A stretch of 60,171 nt of DNA from Minisyncoccia bacterium (lineage in GTDB: Bacteria; Patescibacteriota; Minisyncoccia; Phycocordibacterales; UBA5272). Shown here in pieces: positions 9,364 to 19,313 of this stretch (its first letter is position 1; the number at the start of each line of letters is the position of its first letter). The DNA is taken from contig JBBSJU010000004.1 of NCBI GenBank assembly GCA_038256975.1, forward strand, positions 1-60,171. Reading direction: 5' to 3'. The translations under genes and the position numbers were made by a program. The notes below the pieces were generated by a model, which did no database searches, was not told the DNA's origin, and saw nothing but the letters and a program-made list of their open reading frames with translations.

Positions 9364-10045
9364 AGAAATTTTTTCCTGTATTTTTTAGGGTTACTTTTTT
9401 GTGAGGAACTTGCTGCAGGAGTTTCTGAAGGGATCTTTTGGTAAAAGCGTGTACATAGCGTTTATTTTCCTTTCCAAAAAAAGGCAAATACATATCACCG
9501 GCGTCATGTTTTCCAAAGGTGAACAAAGATCGTATATACGAGCTAAAAATTGGTTTCCAGAGATGTGGAAAATAAAATGCATTCCACACAAGAAGCATAA
9601 TTTCCCCGCCAGGTTTTGTGACACGTAAGAGTTCTTGAATCATTTGTATGCGTAGTTTGCGAGAGGGAATGTGATGAAGTACGGCGCTTGAAACGACAAC
9701 ATCAAATGTATTGTTTTCATAGGGTAGCGTACAGACATTGCCGACATCAAACCGTATGTCTAAAAATGTTTCGCGGGCTTTAAGGATAAGGTTTTCGGAG
9801 ATGTCTATTCCGACATAGTTTTCTTTTTTTACTCCATGTCTAAGAAGCGTGGGTACGAGTCGTCCATGCGCACAGCCAGCATCAAGGATTTTGTCAGTTG
9901 TCTGTATATGAGAAAGTATAATTTCAAATTCACTCCAATCTCGTATTCGAGATGCAACAAAGGGCACCGCTACTTTATTGTAGGTACTCCGTATTGAGTC
10001 GATTATATTTTTTGCCTTTTCATCATTCACATACACAGTGTACAA
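9344..10045 (-). CDS. Class I SAM-dependent methyltransferase
   Basis: ILDAGCAHGRLV (motif I), VVVSSAVLHHIP, RVTKPGGEIMLLVW. The start codon is TTG at 10045-10043. Its 3' end overlaps the convergent GT gene by 20 nt. Confidence 0.8.
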   Translation of the reverse strand: MYTVYVNDEKAKNIIDSIRSTYNKVAVPFVASRIRDWSEFEIILSHIQTTDKILDAGCAHGRLVPTLLRHGVKKENYVGIDISENLILKARETFLDIRFDVGNVCTLPYENNTFDVVVSSAVLHHIPSRKLRIQMIQELLRVTKPGGEIMLLVWNAFYFPHLWKPIFSSYIRSLFTFGKHDAGDMYLPFFGKENKRYVHAFTKRSLQKLLQQVPHKKVTLKNTGKNFFILLEK

Positions 10046-10051
10046 GATTAG

Positions 10052-10059
10052 AGTATACT
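10052..10059. promoter_or_regulatory. Palindromic AGTATACT giving a TATACT -10 box on both strands, each 6 nt from a divergent start codon
   Basis: Plus strand: TATACT 10054-10059, 6 nt, ATG 10066. Minus strand: TATACT 10057-10052, 6 nt (ctaatc), TTG 10045. Confidence 0.5.
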
Positions 10060-10065
10060 TACACC

Positions 10066-10866
10066 ATGATAGATGTGTTTAAGAAGGGGGGTATATTTCC
10101 AATGCTTGCGTTTGATCATCGAAGCAGTTTTGTAAAGTTACTTACGGGAAATGACCCTGAACCTACCCTTGAAGAAATAATCCAAGTAAAAAAAGATATT
10201 CTTCAAGCACTGGTGCCGTATATGAGGGGTACACTTATTGATGAGGACTACGGACTGCCTGCGCTCAAGCGTATGCATAGTCTCGTGCCGTATCTTCTTC
10301 CGCTTGAAAAAACAGGATATACCGATAAGGCTGGTGAGAGAATTACAGAAATACTTGCAACTCCAAAACAGCTTATTGAAAAAGGTGCTCAGGGGGCAAA
10401 ATTACTTTTGTATACAAACTACAATGTACCATCGTGGACTGCTCAAATTAAGACCGCAAAAAATCAAGCTTTTCTCTGTAAGGAAGCAGGCGTTCCATTT
10501 TTTCTTGAATTTGTTTTGTATACAGTAGGAGATGTGAAGTCTGGTACAGTATTTGAAACAGTACAGAAAGCAATTGAAGATGGTCTTACGTGTGATGTGT
10601 GGAAAATTCCGTATCCAGGGAATAAAGAAGAGTGTGAAAAAATAACTGCACTTGTTGGAAGTACCCCTTGGATTGTACTCACTGGTGGGACAACCTTTGA
10701 AGAATTCAACACCCAATATCATGTCGCGAAAGATGCAGGTTGCAGTGGTTTTTTGGCGGGTCGTGCACTTTGGCAAGAGGTGGGAGGGTTGTGGCGACAA
10801 GAAAAAGAATACAAGGAATTTCTTAATAACGAGCTTCCAAGAAGGTTCAAAACGCTTCTTTCATAG
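10066..10866 (+). CDS. Class I aldolase, LacD/YihT (tagatose-bisphosphate aldolase)-like
   Basis: MLAFDHRSSF, AKLLLYTN, FFLEFVLY and GFLAGRALWQE resemble the DeoC/LacD family. Start moved to ATG 10066 because the track start 9952 runs through the divergent gene. Confidence 0.5.
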   Translation: MIDVFKKGGIFPMLAFDHRSSFVKLLTGNDPEPTLEEIIQVKKDILQALVPYMRGTLIDEDYGLPALKRMHSLVPYLLPLEKTGYTDKAGERITEILATPKQLIEKGAQGAKLLLYTNYNVPSWTAQIKTAKNQAFLCKEAGVPFFLEFVLYTVGDVKSGTVFETVQKAIEDGLTCDVWKIPYPGNKEECEKITALVGSTPWIVLTGGTTFEEFNTQYHVAKDAGCSGFLAGRALWQEVGGLWRQEKEYKEFLNNELPRRFKTLLS

Positions 10867-10869
10867 ATT

Positions 10870-11355
10870 ATGGCATCACCATTTTACTTAAGAAATCTTA
10901 TAAAAAATAAAAGCGCAGAGCTTGTTGTTTTTGAGATGTTTCGCGAAGGTGGTAGTTATATTGTCGCTCCTTTTGGGCAAGAAATGATTGTTTCGGAACT
11001 TGCCTCAATTGAAAAAGGAGAAACTATAAAACAAGAAGTATCACGACTTCATGAACGCCCTCAGCTTTCAATAATTGATCAGGCACGAAATACGCACTAT
11101 TTGGTGAAAATAAAATATCGCGAAAACCCTACTCCCCAGATGATTCTTTCTATTGCGCAAGAAATTTCAGCTTCGTGGCCTACTGCGTATCTGTGCTTAG
11201 TTACACCGATAGGATTTTTCTTTGAATCGTGTAGAGATATTCTTGAGAAGGAAGGTGATATTTTGTTAATAGATCCAGAGCTTATTTCTTTAGAAATTCA
11301 GGATAAGTATCTCAGGTTGGCAAATGAAACTATCCGTCAGAAAGAAGCGGAGTAA
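10870..11355 (+). CDS. Hypothetical protein (161 aa)
   Basis: Clean ORF packed tightly between neighbours; no motif recognised. Confidence 0.5.
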   Translation: MASPFYLRNLIKNKSAELVVFEMFREGGSYIVAPFGQEMIVSELASIEKGETIKQEVSRLHERPQLSIIDQARNTHYLVKIKYRENPTPQMILSIAQEISASWPTAYLCLVTPIGFFFESCRDILEKEGDILLIDPELISLEIQDKYLRLANETIRQKEAE

Positions 11356-11371
11356 ATGATATAGTAAAGAT

Positions 11372-12673
11372 ATGAAAGCGCTCATCAAAAAGCTTACCCC
11401 AACATTTATTCTGTCTTGGTACCACTTTGCAATGGCATATCTTGGTGCGATACGGTACGGGTTTCCTTCAAGAAAAATGATTATTATTGGGATCACTGGG
11501 ACAAAAGGAAAAACGTCAACAGCATACTTTGTTTGGAATGTTCTAGAGCACACGGGTATAAAAACAGGAATGCTTACTACTGCTGCAATAAAAATAGGAG
11601 ATAAAGACATTGTGAATACAATGCATATGACTATGCCGGGGAGATTTTTTATTCAAAAACATCTTCGCATGATGGCAGATGCCGGATGTGAAGTAGCAAT
11701 TGTTGAAACAACATCGCAGGGAATTGCGCAACATAGGCACAGAGGGATTGCCTACGATATTGCGGTCTTCACCAACCTTTCGCCTGAGCACATAGAATCT
11801 CATGGTTCGTACGAAGCCTATCGTGAAGCAAAAGGGAGGCTTTTTAAAACACTTGTACATGTTCGTCCTAAAAAATGGAGAGACACATCTTTTACCCCTA
11901 CATCTGTGTTGAATTATGACGACAGAGAATACGCTTACTATAGCGCTATTAAAGCGCCTCGCCAGATAAGTTATGGTCTCAGCGAGCACGCAGCTGTTCG
12001 GGCAACACACGTTCTGACCACGCCACACACAGTTTCATTCTCTGTTAATCAGGACAGATTCGACCTCTCACTTCCTGGGACATTTATGATTCCAAATGCG
12101 CTCGTTGCCATTACAATTGCTGACTTACTTGATGTTCCTCGTAAAAAAGTGAGTGAAGGAATCCACTCTCTTTCGTATATTCCTGGACGAATGGAAGAAA
12201 TAAAAACAAATAAAGATTTCAGAGTTTTTATTGATTACGCACACGAGAAGTTGAGTATGCGTTCACTTATTACAAACTTAAAACAAATGGCGCAAGGGAA
12301 TAAGGTTATCGTAGTCTTTGGGTCTGAAGGAGGAGGTCGTGACAAATCAAAAAGAAAAGACATGGCAGAAGTAGTGGCTGAGCTTGCGGACTATGCGGTT
12401 GTTTCGGACACTGATCCATACGATGAAGACCCTGATCTTATTGTTGAAGAAATAGGACAATATCTAGCAGAATCTGGCTGGCGTCGAGACCAACAGTATT
12501 TTTTGATATCAAACAGACGCTCAGGGATCAGAAAAGCACTCTCTCTTGCACAGTCAGGCGATATCGTTGTTTGTACTGCTATGGGCGCTCAAGAAACAAT
12601 GATTCGTGAAAATGGCAAGGCATATCCATGGAGTGAGCGTGAGGTTGTGCGAGAAGAGCTTTTGCGTGTATAG
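11372..12673 (+). CDS. Mur ligase family protein (MurE-like), apparently lacking the usual N-terminal domain
   Basis: IIGITGTKGKTSTAYF P-loop, NLSPEHIESHGS, IDYAHEK, and Mur middle and C-terminal domain pattern. Confidence 0.7.
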   Translation: MKALIKKLTPTFILSWYHFAMAYLGAIRYGFPSRKMIIIGITGTKGKTSTAYFVWNVLEHTGIKTGMLTTAAIKIGDKDIVNTMHMTMPGRFFIQKHLRMMADAGCEVAIVETTSQGIAQHRHRGIAYDIAVFTNLSPEHIESHGSYEAYREAKGRLFKTLVHVRPKKWRDTSFTPTSVLNYDDREYAYYSAIKAPRQISYGLSEHAAVRATHVLTTPHTVSFSVNQDRFDLSLPGTFMIPNALVAITIADLLDVPRKKVSEGIHSLSYIPGRMEEIKTNKDFRVFIDYAHEKLSMRSLITNLKQMAQGNKVIVVFGSEGGGRDKSKRKDMAEVVAELADYAVVSDTDPYDEDPDLIVEEIGQYLAESGWRRDQQYFLISNRRSGIRKALSLAQSGDIVVCTAMGAQETMIRENGKAYPWSEREVVREELLRV

Positions 12674-12682
12674 TCGCTATAT

Positions 12683-14362
12683 ATGTTTGAGGTGGTTCGG
12701 TCGGAAAAAGATGTAGAGAAACTGAAGCGTCACATCATGCGTGACGATGCTCTATATGCTGAGTTTCTCACCATACGAGCCGAGATTGCTCAGTCTGGTT
12801 CGAATATTATTGTGAAGCGGAAATTTGCTCCAGCTGAAGAAGGGGAGAGAAAGATGCCGTCCAATGCCGAGATTTTGTTATGGTACAAAAAGCGAGTGAC
12901 TGAAGGTCTTGAAGAAAAGAGTGAGGTACTCGAACAGGCACTCAAAAAGCTCAAAGTTCGGAGTAATTCTGGGGTTGCTGTTGTCTCATTGCTTACCAAG
13001 CCGTATGCTTGTCCGGGACGGTGTATTTACTGTCCTACGGAGGCAAATATGCCTAAAAGCTATCTCTCAAAAGAGCCTGCCGCTGCGCGTGCACTAGCGA
13101 ATAAATTTGACCCAGATAAGCAAATTACATCTCGGCTCAAGGCGCTCGAAATGAATGGCCATCCGGTTGATAAGGTTGAAATGATTATGATTGGCGGTAC
13201 GTGGAGTTACTATAAACGTGACTATCAGGATTGGTTTACTAAAGAATCTTTTCGCGCTTGCAATAATTTTCATGCTCCACAGGGTGTGGTTTTAAAGGAG
13301 GATGAATTATCGCTTGAGGCGTTACAAAAAATAAATGAGACGGCACCAGTTCGCATCATTGGGCTCTCTATTGAGACCCGTCCAGACTACGTTAATCTTG
13401 AAGAGTTAAATAATCTTCGTCGTCTTGGGGTAACAAAAGTTGAAATTGGTGTGCAGCACCTCGATCAGTATGTTCTTGATTTCAACAGACGCGAAATGAC
13501 GGTTGAGGCGATTGCGGAGTCGGCTGAACTACTACGGAACACCGGACTTAAAATTGTGTATCACATGATGCCGAATCTTCCGAAGAGTAATCCTGAAATG
13601 GATGTTCAAATGTTTAAAGATTTATTTTCAGGTCTTGATCATCACCCTGACATGCTCAAGGTGTATCCGTGTGTCATTTTAAAGAGTACGCTTTTGTATA
13701 AATGGTGGTCACGCAAAGAATTAGAGTATCAACCCTATAACGACGAAGTCCTTACCCAAGTTCTTGCTGACTGTGAACGGGAAGTGCCTGAGTATGTGCG
13801 TATCATTAGAATCATTCGAGATATTCCAGCCACGTATATTGTCGCGAGTAGCAAGAAGTCGAATCTTCGTGAATCAGTTGATGAGTATCAATTACAGCGT
13901 GGAGTTATTCAAAAAGATATTCGTGCACGTGAAATTAGAGACAGGGAAGTATTGCCAGATGATTTTGAACTTACCAATACTTCGTACGAAACAAAAACAG
14001 GGACAGAAATATTTCTTCAATTTCAAAATATACAAGAAAACTCACTTGCTGCTTTCTGCCGTCTCCGTTTACCAAGATGGAATGAAATTAAAGGGTTTGA
14101 GGAGTATGACAATCTAGCTGTATTACCAGGTAAGGCCCTCATTCGGGAGCTTCACACCTATGGGCGTATGGCGAAAATTGGGGCCCAAGGGGAACAGTCG
14201 CAGCACATGGGCTTTGGTCGTAGATTGATAGCTGAGGCAGAAAAAATTGCCCAAGAAAGAGGCTATACAGGAATAGCAATTATTGCGGGGGTAGGAGTGC
14301 GTGAGTACTACAAAAAGTTAGGATATGTATTAGACAGAACATATATGGTTAAGACATTTTAA
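12683..14362 (+). CDS. elp3: Elp3-like radical-SAM/GNAT enzyme (bacterial Elongator protein 3 homologue)
   Basis: CPGRCIYCP (CX4CX2C radical-SAM cluster). IGGTWSYY, VEIGVQHLD. C-terminal GNAT-like HMGFGRRLIAEAEKIAQERGY...AGVGVREYYKKLGY. Confidence 0.8.
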   Translation: MFEVVRSEKDVEKLKRHIMRDDALYAEFLTIRAEIAQSGSNIIVKRKFAPAEEGERKMPSNAEILLWYKKRVTEGLEEKSEVLEQALKKLKVRSNSGVAVVSLLTKPYACPGRCIYCPTEANMPKSYLSKEPAAARALANKFDPDKQITSRLKALEMNGHPVDKVEMIMIGGTWSYYKRDYQDWFTKESFRACNNFHAPQGVVLKEDELSLEALQKINETAPVRIIGLSIETRPDYVNLEELNNLRRLGVTKVEIGVQHLDQYVLDFNRREMTVEAIAESAELLRNTGLKIVYHMMPNLPKSNPEMDVQMFKDLFSGLDHHPDMLKVYPCVILKSTLLYKWWSRKELEYQPYNDEVLTQVLADCEREVPEYVRIIRIIRDIPATYIVASSKKSNLRESVDEYQLQRGVIQKDIRAREIRDREVLPDDFELTNTSYETKTGTEIFLQFQNIQENSLAAFCRLRLPRWNEIKGFEEYDNLAVLPGKALIRELHTYGRMAKIGAQGEQSQHMGFGRRLIAEAEKIAQERGYTGIAIIAGVGVREYYKKLGYVLDRTYMVKTF

Positions 14363-14368
14363 TTGAGT

Positions 14369-15238
14369 ATGAAAATAGGATTTATCGGACAAGGATGGAT
14401 TGGGAAAAACTACGCTGACTCTTTTGAAGAGAGAGGTTACGAAGTTGTGCGCTACGCACTTGAGGAACCCTATGTACACAATGCTCCTCAACTACTTGAA
14501 TGTGAGATTGTATTTGTTGCCGTGCCAACCCCAACAACACCCCAAGGGTTTAGCTATGCTATTGTCGAAGAGAGTCTTGCTCGAGTAGGTGCAGGTGCGA
14601 CCGTCGTTATTAAATCAACTATTCTACCTGGTACCACAGAAGCCCTACACATCAAATATCCACACCTTTTCGTCATGCATAGTCCAGAGTTTTTACGTGA
14701 AGTGCATGCTGCTCACGACGCCCTTCATCCCACACGGAATATTATTGGAATACCAATAAAGGATGATACGTGGTTGAAGAAAGCTGAGGCGGTACTTGCT
14801 GTATTGCCGAGCGCACCGTACAGCAAAATTATGTCTTCTCATGAAGCTGAGCTTGTGAAATACATTGGTAATTGTTTTCTGTACGAAAAAGTCGTTTTCT
14901 TTAATCAAGTGTATGATATGGCGTCTGCGCTGGGTCTTGATTACGAAGTTATTCGGGAGGCTGTTTCGAAAGATGATCGAATTGGCGAGAGTCACACAAA
15001 AGTATTGCATGCAAGTGGACATACGCAAGACATATTTGGCCGTGGAGCAGGTGGGCATTGTTTTGTAAAAGATTTTGAAGCGTTTATACAGTTATATAAA
15101 CAACAATTGCCCAATGACGCACGGGGGATTGAGGTGTTAGAATCATTGCGAAACAAAAATATAGAGTTCCTTGTGAAAAGCAATAAAGATATTGATATAG
15201 TACAACATGTGGTAGGTGACATCTCTCAATTTACTTAA
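14369..15238 (+). CDS. UDP-glucose/GDP-mannose dehydrogenase family protein, short form without the C-terminal UDP-binding domain
   Basis: IGFIGQGWIGKN (NAD fold), VFVAVPTPT, VIKSTILPGTT, SPEFLREVHAAHD, GGHCFVKD. ATG 14369 preferred over the track TTG at 14363. Confidence 0.7.
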   Translation: MKIGFIGQGWIGKNYADSFEERGYEVVRYALEEPYVHNAPQLLECEIVFVAVPTPTTPQGFSYAIVEESLARVGAGATVVIKSTILPGTTEALHIKYPHLFVMHSPEFLREVHAAHDALHPTRNIIGIPIKDDTWLKKAEAVLAVLPSAPYSKIMSSHEAELVKYIGNCFLYEKVVFFNQVYDMASALGLDYEVIREAVSKDDRIGESHTKVLHASGHTQDIFGRGAGGHCFVKDFEAFIQLYKQQLPNDARGIEVLESLRNKNIEFLVKSNKDIDIVQHVVGDISQFT

Positions 15239-15257
15239 TGAACATCCGTAGTTACGT

Positions 15258-16259
15258 ATGATAAAAGATAAAACAATTTTAATTACGGGTGTTGCTGGAT
15301 TTATAGGATTTCATACAGCAAAACATTTTCTAGAAAATGATAAAAATGTTGACATTATCGGTATTGATAATCTGAGTGATTATTATGATACAAAACTTAA
15401 ACATAAACGACTCGAGTTACTTAAACGTTTTAAATCTTTTTCTTTTCATAAAATCGACATAATTAAATATAAAGACATTGCGGCATTAATTGCAAAAAAA
15501 GTTCCAGACATTATTATTCACCTTGCTGCTCAGGCAGGGGTACGTTTTTCGATAGAAAATCCTTGGACGTATGTTGATACAAATATTCGAGGAACACTCA
15601 ATGTTTTTGAGGTTGCTAAAGAATATAAAATTAAACGTGTGTTATATGCATCTTCAAGCTCTGTGTACGGTAAGACAAATAAAAAGAAATTTAAAGAGAC
15701 CGACAGAACAGACACACCACTTTCAGTGTATGCGGCGACAAAGAAAGCCACAGAAATGCTCGCACACTCATATGCAGAACTTTGGGATATGGAAACTGTA
15801 GGACTTCGATTTTTTACTGTGTATGGCCCTTGGGGGCGACCTGATATGGCATATTTTAAATTTACAAAAGCGATTCTTGGTGATGAACAGATTACCCTGT
15901 ACAATAAAGGTGAAATGACGCGTAGTTTCACCTATATTGATGATATTGTGAGCGGAATAGTGAAAGTAGTATATGCAAAAAAGATCCCTCAACAGATCTA
16001 TAATTTCGGCGGAGCAGAATCCATACCACTTAAACACTTCGTGGCTTCTATTGAAAAGGCACTTAATAAAAAAGCTTCTGTGATGTATGGTTCGATGCAG
16101 CCGGGTGATATAAAAGAGACAATCGCAGATTATAGTCGGGCAAAAAAAGATTTCAATTTTTCACCAAAGGTTTCAATAGAAGAGGGGATGAATATATTTG
16201 CAAAATGGTTTGTGGAGAATTACTCGTGGCTGAAAGATCTTAAAAAAGCAAAGCAATAA
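15258..16259 (+). CDS. NAD-dependent sugar-nucleotide epimerase/dehydratase (UDP-glucuronate 4-epimerase-like SDR)
   Basis: ITGVAGFIGFH (GxxGxxG), YASSSSVYG, YAATKKATE (YxxxK). Confidence 0.85.
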   Translation: MIKDKTILITGVAGFIGFHTAKHFLENDKNVDIIGIDNLSDYYDTKLKHKRLELLKRFKSFSFHKIDIIKYKDIAALIAKKVPDIIIHLAAQAGVRFSIENPWTYVDTNIRGTLNVFEVAKEYKIKRVLYASSSSVYGKTNKKKFKETDRTDTPLSVYAATKKATEMLAHSYAELWDMETVGLRFFTVYGPWGRPDMAYFKFTKAILGDEQITLYNKGEMTRSFTYIDDIVSGIVKVVYAKKIPQQIYNFGGAESIPLKHFVASIEKALNKKASVMYGSMQPGDIKETIADYSRAKKDFNFSPKVSIEEGMNIFAKWFVENYSWLKDLKKAKQ

Positions 16260-16269
16260 GTTGCACCAC

Positions 16270-17334
16270 ATGAAACTTCTTATCATTACACAAACGCTCG
16301 ATAGCAGACACTCTGTTTTAGGGTTTTTTGTGCGATGGGTTTTAGAATTTTCGAAGCAGTGTGAGCAAGTGACGGTGTTTTGTTTAGACAAGGGAGAGGA
16401 TGTTTTTCCAGAAAATGTAAGAGTGGTGCATATTCCTCGAACATGGCATGGTTTGAAGGCCTGGCCGTTTATTCTCGCGTACCAAGCGTTTGCGTATAGA
16501 AAAAACTATACCCATGTGTTTGCACACATGAATCCAGAATACATACTTTCTGCGGGAGCTATCTGGCAATTACTCGGCAAAAAGATTTCTCTTTGGTACG
16601 CGCACGGCACAGTAAGTTTGAGACTGAAAATCGTAACGTTGTTGTGTGACACTATTTTTTCTTCTACACCTGAAGGCTTCCGACATCCAACCTCAAAACT
16701 TCGTATTGTAGGGCAGGGAATTGATCTAGGTCTCTATAAAAATATTAATCTTGAAAGAGGTTTGCAAAAACCACTTTCACTTGTGTCAATTGGAAGAATA
16801 TCTGCTTCAAAACGATTAGAACTTTTGCTAGAAACAGTTTTTATTTTAAAATCAGAATATAAAATACATACTACATGCACGATAATTGGAGGCCCTGTGA
16901 CTGATGCGGACACAAAATATTTAGAAACACTACAGGACTATGTCGCTGGGCACCATCTAATAGATAATGTGGTTTGGAGCGGCGCACGTCCCCTCCCTGA
17001 GGCGATTGAAATTCTTAAAGAAAGCGATTTCTTTATTCATTTTGGAAATACGGGGAGTTTAGACAAAGCTGTCTTAGATGCTATGGCATGTGGCGTGATT
17101 TCTTTAAGTACGAATGATGCTGTAAAAAAGGTTTTACAAGACATTAATCAAGACCTACTAACAATAAGTGTACCGCACGACGCTGCAGTAAAAGTCAGTT
17201 ATCTGGTAAGTCAAACACAGAAAGACATAGCTACGTTAAGAACAAAGATGGTTGAGTATATCCAAGCCAAATTCTCCCTGCAGGCTTTCACTGGGCGTAT
17301 CCTAGAAGTATTAGGTGGCAAGAATATATTATAA
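16270..17334 (+). CDS. Glycosyltransferase-like protein (GT-B)
   Basis: MKLLIITQTLD..., FIHFGNTGSLDKAVLDAMACGVISLSTND. ATG 16270 preferred over the track TTG at 16261. Confidence 0.55.
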   Translation: MKLLIITQTLDSRHSVLGFFVRWVLEFSKQCEQVTVFCLDKGEDVFPENVRVVHIPRTWHGLKAWPFILAYQAFAYRKNYTHVFAHMNPEYILSAGAIWQLLGKKISLWYAHGTVSLRLKIVTLLCDTIFSSTPEGFRHPTSKLRIVGQGIDLGLYKNINLERGLQKPLSLVSIGRISASKRLELLLETVFILKSEYKIHTTCTIIGGPVTDADTKYLETLQDYVAGHHLIDNVVWSGARPLPEAIEILKESDFFIHFGNTGSLDKAVLDAMACGVISLSTNDAVKKVLQDINQDLLTISVPHDAAVKVSYLVSQTQKDIATLRTKMVEYIQAKFSLQAFTGRILEVLGGKNIL

Positions 17335-17347
17335 TGGTCAACATAGT

Positions 17348-18019
17348 ATGGTTTTACATTCAGACTACATAGGTATAGCAAAAAATAAAGAATTGATTGA
17401 GGAAATAGTTACCCAAGTTCTTAAGAATGGTTTTTATGAAATACCTCACTTTCTTAATGGAGAACTGTTCGAGAGGCTACAATCCATTGCCATGCATTCT
17501 ACGCAAACAATCGCTAACAAAAAGAATGAGGAATTAAAAGACACCGACGGGTATCAGGTGGTACTTTCAGAGGATATTTTTAGTCTTTGTGACGCTATCC
17601 ATAAGAAAAGATGTGAGATGGCGAACCAGGAGTATGTTCCTTTGAGTAGGGAAAAGCAGACTATAGGTTTTCCGTACAAGGATGCACGAAATTTTAAAAA
17701 GACAGAAGAAACTGAGTATCATTATGATGGAGCGTATGTGAATCTTCTCATCCCAATTCTTTTACCACTCGGAGACGCAACAAAAGGCAATCTTATTCTT
17801 TTCCCAAATCTGAGAAAGAAGTTTTCAATAAAAATTTTTACGAGTATTTTTTCAGAAATATTGAGATGGTCGGGTATGGCTCGAAGACTTTTCGGTTTTA
17901 CAGAAGTGCAATATACTCCAGGAAATCTCTATATCTTTTTTGGCGATCTCTCTCTGCACGGCGTCCAGCCCATCACCGTAGGGGAACGGCTTGTACTTAC
18001 GATCAATAGTCATTGGTAG
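17348..18019 (+). CDS. Hypothetical protein, possible Fe(II)/2-oxoglutarate dioxygenase fold
   Basis: YHYDGAY (HxD) plus a distal LSLHGVQP (His) suggest a 2-His-1-carboxylate triad. TATAAT at 17330-17335. ATG 17348 preferred over GTG 17315. Confidence 0.35.
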   Translation: MVLHSDYIGIAKNKELIEEIVTQVLKNGFYEIPHFLNGELFERLQSIAMHSTQTIANKKNEELKDTDGYQVVLSEDIFSLCDAIHKKRCEMANQEYVPLSREKQTIGFPYKDARNFKKTEETEYHYDGAYVNLLIPILLPLGDATKGNLILFPNLRKKFSIKIFTSIFSEILRWSGMARRLFGFTEVQYTPGNLYIFFGDLSLHGVQPITVGERLVLTINSHW

Positions 18020-18084
18020 TTTCATTTTTCGTCTTATAGACTAAGAAGACGTATAATGAGCTTGTTTCCAATAAGAAGCACCGC

Positions 18085-18714
18085 ATGGTTTACAAAGACA
18101 AAAAACACCTCATAAAAGCCTTAATACAAAAAGAGGACACGGTTCTAGATGTTGGCTTTTGGGGACAAGGTGTTCTCTATGACTCTCAAGATTGGCCGCA
18201 CCGTTTATTAAAAGAAGCTGGATCCCAGGTTTATGGCGTAGATCTCATGTACGATGAAACGAAGGTTTTTCCCGCGGATCACTATCAAAAAACAAGCGCC
18301 GAAAATGCCCATTTCCCGATTCAATTTACAAAGATCTTTGCAGGTGATGTCATTGAACATTTATCAAATCCAGGCCAGTTTCTTGATGCTTGTTATCGAT
18401 TACTGGGCGACACCGGTAGTCTGATTATCACAACACCAAATACCTTTAATTTGTTTAACATCGCCGAAAAGATAACCAAGAGAGAGCCAACGGTTAATAG
18501 TGACCATACGTTCTATTTTAATAGCAAGACCCTAGCTTGTTTGCTTAGAAAGAATAATTTTGAAGTAGTTTCTGTTGACTATCTATATACTTTAGACACC
18601 GATTTTAAACCAAGTTGGAAAAAACGCTTTTTAGATATTCTCTATTTTCTGGTATCTTTTATTACAGATAAGTTTACGGAAACCCTTGTTATAGTGGCAA
18701 GAAAAAAAATATGA
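18085..18714 (+). CDS. Class I SAM-dependent methyltransferase
   Basis: VLDVGFWGQG, FAGDVIEHL, GSLIITTPN. Confidence 0.65.
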   Translation: MVYKDKKHLIKALIQKEDTVLDVGFWGQGVLYDSQDWPHRLLKEAGSQVYGVDLMYDETKVFPADHYQKTSAENAHFPIQFTKIFAGDVIEHLSNPGQFLDACYRLLGDTGSLIITTPNTFNLFNIAEKITKREPTVNSDHTFYFNSKTLACLLRKNNFEVVSVDYLYTLDTDFKPSWKKRFLDILYFLVSFITDKFTETLVIVARKKI

Positions 18715-19313
18715 TATATCTCAAATTATTAAAATCTGTCCTACAAAAGAAAAGTCACGTATTCGAGGTTTTTTTAAAAGGTAAAAAGGTAATTGAATTT
18801 GGTTGTGGAGAAGGGGAGATGCTGGCTTTGGGCAATGAAAATGTCATAGGCATAGAAATAAACCAAACAGCTCTTGGGAGGTTAAGGGAAAAAGGTCTCA
18901 ATGTTATCGAAGCCTCTATTGAGTCTATCCCGATGGAGAGTGGTTCTTTTGATGTAGTTCTTTGCAACAATATTATTGAGCATCTGACGGTGGATCAAGC
19001 GTATAACATGTTACAAGAAGCACAACGACTACTTCGTCCGGAAGGGGAGATAATCATCATTACCCCTACTCCAAAAACAGTATGGAATACATTTGGACAT
19101 GTAAAACCGTACACCATTGCATCAATAATGAAGTTGTTTAGAAAAAATTCTCGAGAATCTTTTGAAGCCTTGTCCCCAATGGAAAAAACTTTTTCTTTAT
19201 ATTACGGCCCCTGGACACACAATAAAATCACTTTTCTTTTTTCGACTATATTTGCGAATATATTCAAAGGATTTGCTGGCAGTTATCTTTTGGTGCTAAA
19301 GAAATATGAGTAA
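18711..19313 (+). CDS. Class I SAM-dependent methyltransferase
   Basis: VIEFGCGEGEML, VVLCNNIIEHL, LLRPEGEIIIITP. 4-nt overlap with the upstream gene. Confidence 0.75.
   Translation: MIYLKLLKSVLQKKSHVFEVFLKGKKVIEFGCGEGEMLALGNENVIGIEINQTALGRLREKGLNVIEASIESIPMESGSFDVVLCNNIIEHLTVDQAYNMLQEAQRLLRPEGEIIIITPTPKTVWNTFGHVKPYTIASIMKLFRKNSRESFEALSPMEKTFSLYYGPWTHNKITFLFSTIFANIFKGFAGSYLLVLKKYE

Noticed and set aside
9952-10065. N-terminal extension of the aldolase ORF (track start 9952). Similar extensions occur at 22337-22477, 42076-42138, 48934..49491 (beyond 49305) and 58745-58783.
   Set aside because: The extensions overlap neighbouring genes or promoter elements and encode non-conserved, odd peptides. 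Internal starts with a proper -10 or SD context fit better.
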